A stretch of DNA of 60,966 nt, counting the filler, from Platydemus manokwari (lineage: Eukaryota), in assembly GCA_037951405.1 (NCBI GenBank). It is 6 parts of 6 records of this genome, joined end to end, with 100 filler letters (N's around TTAATTAATTAA, not from the genome) between each part and the next. Parts side by side here need not be neighbours in the genome. Positions count along the whole stretch, not along the records: positions 52,250 to 60,966 come from JBBMOY011360871.1; 5 more parts are not named here. One strand, written 5' to 3'. Positions 54,198 to 60,966 of the stretch are shown piece by piece. The first letter of the stretch is position 1; each line of letters begins with the position of its first letter. Made by a program: the position numbers and the translations under genes. The notes beneath the pieces are model-generated. The model had not been told where the DNA came from, did no database searches, and worked only from the letters and a program-made list of their open reading frames with translations.

Positions 54198-57100
54198 ATT
54201 TAAGAATACTTATAATTCATCATTTTTATTTAAAATTTGGTGGGTGTTATAATTGGTAAAAAGAGATGTTTTTCATCTTCGCTTCACTGTTCTTCGGAAT
54301 TCTCGGAGTGGCTAATTAAATTTCATTAAGCATTCCTTATCTAGCACTGACTCCGACCTGTAGTGAATGAAAATCACGAATCTTCAATTGATATTGCCAT
54401 ATGAATATTTACATTAAACTCGAAACCAAACTTTTGACTGAAACATTGCTAAATGTTAAAACTGTAACATCAATTATTTTAGTTGTATATTGGTTGTGAT
54501 TAATGTTTTTACAGCTTAGAGGTTCTTATTTGATAATTTTAATAACCCAAGCTTTCATAAGTTTTTAATGGCAATTAACGATATATAGTCTTTCATTTGA
54601 GTGATTCAGTTGATGAAAATAGTGTTATTTGTATTTTATTTACATATTTATCAATGAGTATGTTTGCATGTATGTTGGTGTTTAAGATGAGAATTTAAGG
54701 TGTTTAGAATCGTGTTTTAGTTACTTATCTTATACTCCTTGTGAGGATTTGAAAATAAATTAAAATTTAAGATCTAAAATCAGATTTTATACTAAAAATA
54801 TAATTTTTTAAAAATAATTAGGTTAAATATAATTTTATGTTGTTAAGTTGGGTTGTTCCGGGTTTTAACCAAGCTTTTATTGGGTCTATTTATCTCGAGC
54901 CACACATATTACTCATCATTTCGAAGATCTTCTAAATAAATTTTTCTATGTCCTGACTTGTCGTTCCTGTTGGATAATCGAAATAATTTTATTGGATAAT
55001 TGTAGTACTGACGTTAATACTATACCGATAAGGATTGAGTATGTATTGTGTGCATTACTTTTTATCTTATGTTTAATTAGTGCTTGTTTTTTATGACTTG
55101 ACAATTCTTGGGAAGCTTTAACAAAATCAGTTTGTATATATATATATATATATAAGAAAAACTCCATTAAAGAAAAACCCATTGGAATAAATTTATCCAT
55201 AAAATAATTACTTGTAATATATTATGGTACACAATAAATGCTACACAATAAAAGGTACACAATAAATAATAATAAATTTCTTATCAAAAACCTTAAATAA
55301 GGAATCACACTGAAAATGTGAAGACAAATTATGTAAATCTCAAGCAATTCTCCATCAATAAAAGAAATGTGCAAAAATAAATTATAATTTCAATATTAAG
55401 AAAACCCCATAAAAGGCCGAAACAAACCAAATTCAGGGTCATTAAAATAAATTTCATTGAAAAAAGTAAATAATCCAAAAATATTGTCCTTGTCAGTCAA
55501 TAAAAACATAGGATGATGAGACAGTCCGTATATAAGCAGTGACAGACGGTACTCATGGCCCAAAAATTTTAGAAAGCACTAGTTTATAAGATACAAAGCT
55601 ACTGCTAAGAAAATTATTGCGAATATCATTGCCAACAATAGACAACAGGAGGGTCAGCTTAATTCTATTCTGCTGTCACAATTTATTCCCAATCTTTACT
55701 GGGAGTTTATCCATCGATATTCATTGGAACATCAATCAATAAAGTCTAACATAAATAAAATTCGATTTAGAATATCTTAACAGTTATCACATTCGTGCTA
55801 CAAGAACTCTTTGTCACGATATCACCACAATACAATGAGAGGTGTTTAACCATCACAAACTTCTCTTTGAAATTTGAAAGTAAAATAGAAGCTTGTACCA
55901 AAACATCTGCATATTATATAATTGTTGCATGCTTATTGTTGTATAATATATTTTTCTACCGTACATCTCGATTTTGGTTTAGTTATTTTATAGGAAAATT
56001 TCGATAATCATTTCATAAATCATCTCATTTGCACCATCGTAACTAAAATCGATAAGTTATTATCGTTGTAATTATTCATATTTTGAGTTATTTTATTTTC
56101 TAACCTGTCCACGACAATTAATCTGGTTGCTAGTATTAAAATGATAAACGTAATCAACGGCTCATCAAGTCCTATCATGTCGTTTATAATAAATGAAAAC
56201 CGCCAACGCTTTTGTTACTAACTCTGTTCGCACAGTTTTCATACTGCAGCTTGAGCTCAATAAAGAAGAAACAAGTGAAACCAAAACTCAAGAGGCTGAT
56301 AAAATCTTAAATAGAAGGAAATCACAGTACTGATAACCGAAGAAAAGTAACAGGAGTCAAAGGTAACAAATATGTTTCTCAATAATAATAATAATAATAT
56401 GATATCGTAATAATAATTATCAAAATTATAATATGCTAATATATGATAATAACACCCATAATTTTAAGTAATAGTGTTAATAATGATTAATAATAATTGA
56501 AAGAAACATTTGTGTTTACTTTCTTTTACAAACGAATCTCTTCTTAGCCTCTCACAATTCACCAGCCAGTGGAAATCAAAGAAAAAGCCGCTAATAGTTA
56601 ATTATTTTCGGCTGAATACCCGCTCTACTGTCGGGTGACAGAATTTTACTTTAATGGTGCAATGATTAATGAATGCAAACATCACTGGCAATGCGTACGA
56701 ATGGAGTAAACATTGTATACTGTTCAATTACCTTAGACATGTTATTGAATCATTTTAGGATAATACTTATCCCGCTCAGATATCAGGAGTTGAGACACCT
56801 ATAAATCACTGGAAAAACAGACAGCAATTAATTTCAACTGTCGGCTAAATCAAAAGATTTTCGAATGAGTCGGTAGAAAAGACTGATTCTGTAACTCGCT
56901 TTCATTTAAAAGCGCCAATCACTCTTCCATCATTCCTTTCCGGGGACTGTAAAGATTGGTCTGTATGGCAAGCAAGAAAAATACTTATTGTAAATCTAAT
57001 TTTATTTAATTTCCATTTCAGAATTCGTTTCTCTGGAAACGGTCACATAATAAAGCTTCATTTTCTTCAGATGAACTTCCTCATGATCATGTTCATCATT

Positions 57101-58414
57101 TCTTATCTATTAACTTGAATCAGATTTGTCTAGTAGTTTCTTTTGGATTTTAAAAAAGATTGATGATACTTCCGGGGCCATTGATATTCACAATTATCAT
57201 CTAATATTACAACTAAATAATCTTCAAGAAGCATTCCGAAATTATCGACATCGCTCAGTTTCCGCCAGTTTTCATATGAGACTTATAAAGTGATTTATTG
57301 GTTTTTCAACAGATCAACATTCCGGACCCATGGCATCAGAAACAGATCTTTCTACCAGTTTATTTCGATTTCAGTTATCAAGGATTGGTGCACAGATATT
57401 TCTACTTATTTACCATCACTGATATTCTCATTAACTACAATGATTGACGTATCTAGAAGATGATCTCCTGGCCAATCAGGCAACAAATATACTTTTGTGT
57501 TGTCCAATCATTCATGTAGGAATTTTTCAAAGTTACCTTTAACTTGTTCTTTATTATTCTTCTAATAATAATTCAAAAAATCTTTTTATTTTATTTTTAT
57601 ATTTTAAATTTTAATAACTCGATTTTTGAATTAATTTGAGATTATTTAAGAAATTTTGATTAAAGAAAATTTTGTTTGAAAATACTTTCATATATTAACA
57701 TTGAAAGATTGATAATAGATTCATACCATGTTATTGTTGTCAGAACCTTTTCATTGACAATTCATCCAGATTTTCCAGTAGCAGTTGTTGATAACCACAA
57801 GCTTGTGTTCTCCAAATTCTTCGAGATAAGTTCAGCTTCAATAAATAAAATATTCTAGAATTTATTCTTGCCACATCGTTTCAGTAATTAAAGATAACCA
57901 GTGCTTGAATTCATCAGCTCATGGATTGAATGACATATTTAAAGAGCTTTCGGTGGGAATTGATAATTTTTGAATTGTACTCTTCTTTATGTGGCTCTGT
58001 ATTCTTTATGATAATCTAAGTTAGAGTAATTACAGACTTTATCACGTGGGAAACCATTCGAGACATATACAAGCCATTAGACAACAAATGTTATTAAACA
58101 ATAAGCACTAAAAATTTTAAAATAAAATAAAAACAAAATCAGATTTTTCAATAAAAATTGTCCATAAAATTTTTAAAATTTGTTTTATTACATCAAATTA
58201 AAGTTATTTAATCGATTCCAAGGTTATAAGGAAAATTCAGTCAAAATCTAAAAATAGAAGTCCCGTCGTACCTAAACTTAGAATAACAACAAAAGTTACT
58301 AAAAATAACTACTTGAACTAAACATAGTACTCATCAAAAACAGTAACGTATGCTAATAAGTATAAAATGTTACTATTGCTACACATGCCGAATATAACTA
58401 AAAGGATATTGAAT

Positions 58415-59090
58415 TAAAACAACATGAAATGATAATGTTTATTTGAATAAAACAATAAATTTAAAGCACGAAATCTATTTAAAAGAGGTAGCCTAGTGCT
58501 TACGCATTTTGGCACCCTAAAACATAAAAAACATAACGTAAAATAAAATATTTCCAACATACGATGTAATGAATTTAAACAAAAATTTTGTGTAATTTTA
58601 TCTAATATTCTTCATCTATTTATACAAGTTGATAATATGTACTTTATATAATAAATATAATTAATTATATTATAATAATTATATTTAATTAATTATCTGA
58701 TTGAGCCACAATCATCCGTCATACTCGTAGCTTAATCTGTAATCCATTATGAATTAGATTTCTTCAAGTTTTCGTGCTCTAATGGGATTTCTCCTGACGG
58801 CTAAAATGAGTCAAAATTAATTGATTGTCAGCACTTTTAAATTCCTTCCGGGTTTACTTGAATTTTTAGAAACAATAAAATAATCCTGGGTATTGAATTA
58901 CTTGATGAATTGGACTCTAAATTCGTGCATAAACGGATAGCTATTTGTTAGATTTCTTTTAGTCCAATCCGAGTCTGATCCGAGACACCGCTGACGCCTA
59001 TGAAAGGCCAAAATAGGCCATAAAACCATCATCACCACAAGTTTCATATATCTCCGAATCGAGGTACTGAAGTCTTCCAAGTCAAGACCT
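58415..59090 (-). pseudogene. Decayed multi-exon gene, paralog of 18855-19470
   Basis: Same shared intron and peptide as 18855-19470, plus an AT-rich insertion at ~58645-58700. Confidence 0.55.
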
Positions 59091-59157
59091 GAAATATTTT
59101 AAGCAACTAAAAATCGCTACCGACCTATTACACAACGAAAATTATCTTACTAACCCG

Positions 59158-60907
59158 GTGGTAGATTTCATTATGGATATGTATAGTGTTCGCATTAAAG
59201 AATTTTATGAATATCTGGACAGATTAGAAGACAAAATGGACTTCGAGGAACCGGAAATCACCACAACGCAATTTGATTCGCCTACTTCAATCCAACAAAC
59301 AAGTTCCTCATTGGGACCTCTATTTGGATTCTCTTCCGGACCATATATACGAAAGAACTTAAACACCTAATAAAAAAGTCGCTTCAACAAGAACGTTTGC
59401 CTCTATCACTCGTAAGATTTATCAACAATTTCAAAATTTCAAGAAGACGTCCTATTTATTCCAGGATCTTATGAGCTCCCGACAAAGTCGTCTAAAAATT
59501 AATGGAAGCAACAAATGTAAAAGAGAACAACATTTAATCAAAATAGACCGCTCCAGCAGACCACAAAGCCTACTCATGTCTACTGTAACGAAAACCGCTG
59601 ACTGTACTAGATCACAAGGTAGAGACCTTCGAAACAAATCATCTCGCACCTGCAAGGCTTATTCTTAAAAACAATTATGTCAAAGAACAAGCGGGCTTTC
59701 CAATTCTTCATAAAGACACTGTCAACCTGTCAATCGTTGAAATGTTATAAAAACTTATAGTTCAATTCCAGAACAAGATAAAATACAAAAATCGACCAAA
59801 ATATCGATTTCACTTGGCAAATAAACCACCAGAGTTTCAAAACCTGCTTAAGATTAACCACTCTGTCCTAGAGGCTATCAATTCAATAAACTCTAATTCT
59901 GAACTCTATAACCCCAATAATGGGGATCTATGCAAATCAGCCAAGAGAAAAAGTGGGCCTAACCTCAGCAACTTCTCATTGCTCATCAACAATCTGGATG
60001 TTCTATCATGTGCCTGCACTGAATGCCAGCAATATGCAAAGTCATTTAATCACCTCTTTTCACATGATCAGGTCGATGTCAAACAGTCCAAATATAGCAA
60101 CAAACAACCCAAAACAAACAAGCACCGAAAACCGAACGGACTCCTCTCTTTTTTGAACTGCAAATGTGATCAATGTATAAAAACTACTTGAAAACATTTT
60201 CTGATCTACAATTTTTTACCACTCAAAATCATACCCATTCTCCGAGAAAGCCTGCTCGGCTATCCCTAGCAACTCGTCAAACTCTCAATTCAGAACAGCT
60301 TTTGATGTCCTGCAAAACATCAAATGTAACTGCAGTCTCTGCGTAAACCTATTCTCTAAAGCATTAGCTGGTCCATTCGACTTCTTCGAGGAAAACGCCA
60401 AAATAAAATGCTATCTCAAATTCCAGCCGAAATTCTAAGATAGAGCACACAAACTCCTTCACATCTGTGCTCTACTTCTGTTCTCATGCACCACTTGCTC
60501 CAAAACTGTCCAATTCTAGATCAAATAAATCTTCTATAAATGGAAGAACATCAAGACCCTTTTTAAAATAAATTTAGTTACCAAAACTCAATGAAATACG
60601 TGCTCTCAATCACCTTCACAAGACAAACCTCAATCAATTGGGAAATAAGCCCAAACTCAGCTTCCGCCGATATCAATGACCAACCAATCAAAATCTGCTC
60701 CAGGACCACTATACGTAGATAAAGAACAGCAAACTGATACTATATCACCCTCCATTCCAACCCACCTCAACAAGCTCCAAACCTCACTTCCATTCCACAC
60801 CAAGTTGCCTCTGCACGACATTGGCACTGATGACGTGACTCTCACTTAGACTACAACTGATACTCCCTATAGTGAAGAAGAATCTGACGATATATTGGGT
60901 GTATAAC
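59158..60907 (+). pseudogene. Decayed ORF with repeated CxCxxC motifs and a Pro/Ser/acidic tail
   Basis: SCACTEC, NCKCDQC, KCNCSLC and FSCTTC at ~150-165-nt spacing. C/A-skewed, GC-richer composition. Broken by stops and frameshifts. Confidence 0.4.
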
Positions 60908-60966
60908 CTTAAAATTTCGATTTGATAAAAGATGTCGCTGGGAGTATTGCTTGCATATAATGTCGT

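Noticed and set aside
57000-57900. hAT-like INGP motif in a decayed minus-strand ORF
   Set aside because: A single short motif with no ERxFS or other transposase hallmark.

Overview
AT-rich animal (metazoan) genomic DNA, not prokaryotic. It is not one locus. Five artificial 100-nt spacers (44N-TTAATTAATTAA-44N) join six contigs whose lengths fall in order (>=11101, 11625, 11476, 8812, 8735, 8717), so neighbourhood across spacers is probably meaningless. Supported genes: a secreted C-type lectin with a PAN/Apple domain (2 exons); a divergent B-type lamin (4 exons, CaaX CNIM on an 18-nt last exon); an intronless White-like ABCG half-transporter; the 3' part of a SEPT6-group septin; a class A GPCR; and a tentative coiled-coil gene. 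The confidently placed introns are 43-54 nt. The rest is decayed material: two members of a Ty3/Gypsy family, a Mos1-like mariner fragment, a pogo/Tigger-like end, foldback and MITE-like inverted repeats, a tRNA-Leu(TAA) pseudogene and decayed gene-family copies. The most distinctive signal is the Gypsy family. It has ~100-bp AGT...ACT LTRs, and its gag frame appears to start inside the 5' LTR and read through the primer-binding site. One copy is a 1.09-kb internally deleted non-autonomous element. All alignments were done by eye; no database searches were run.
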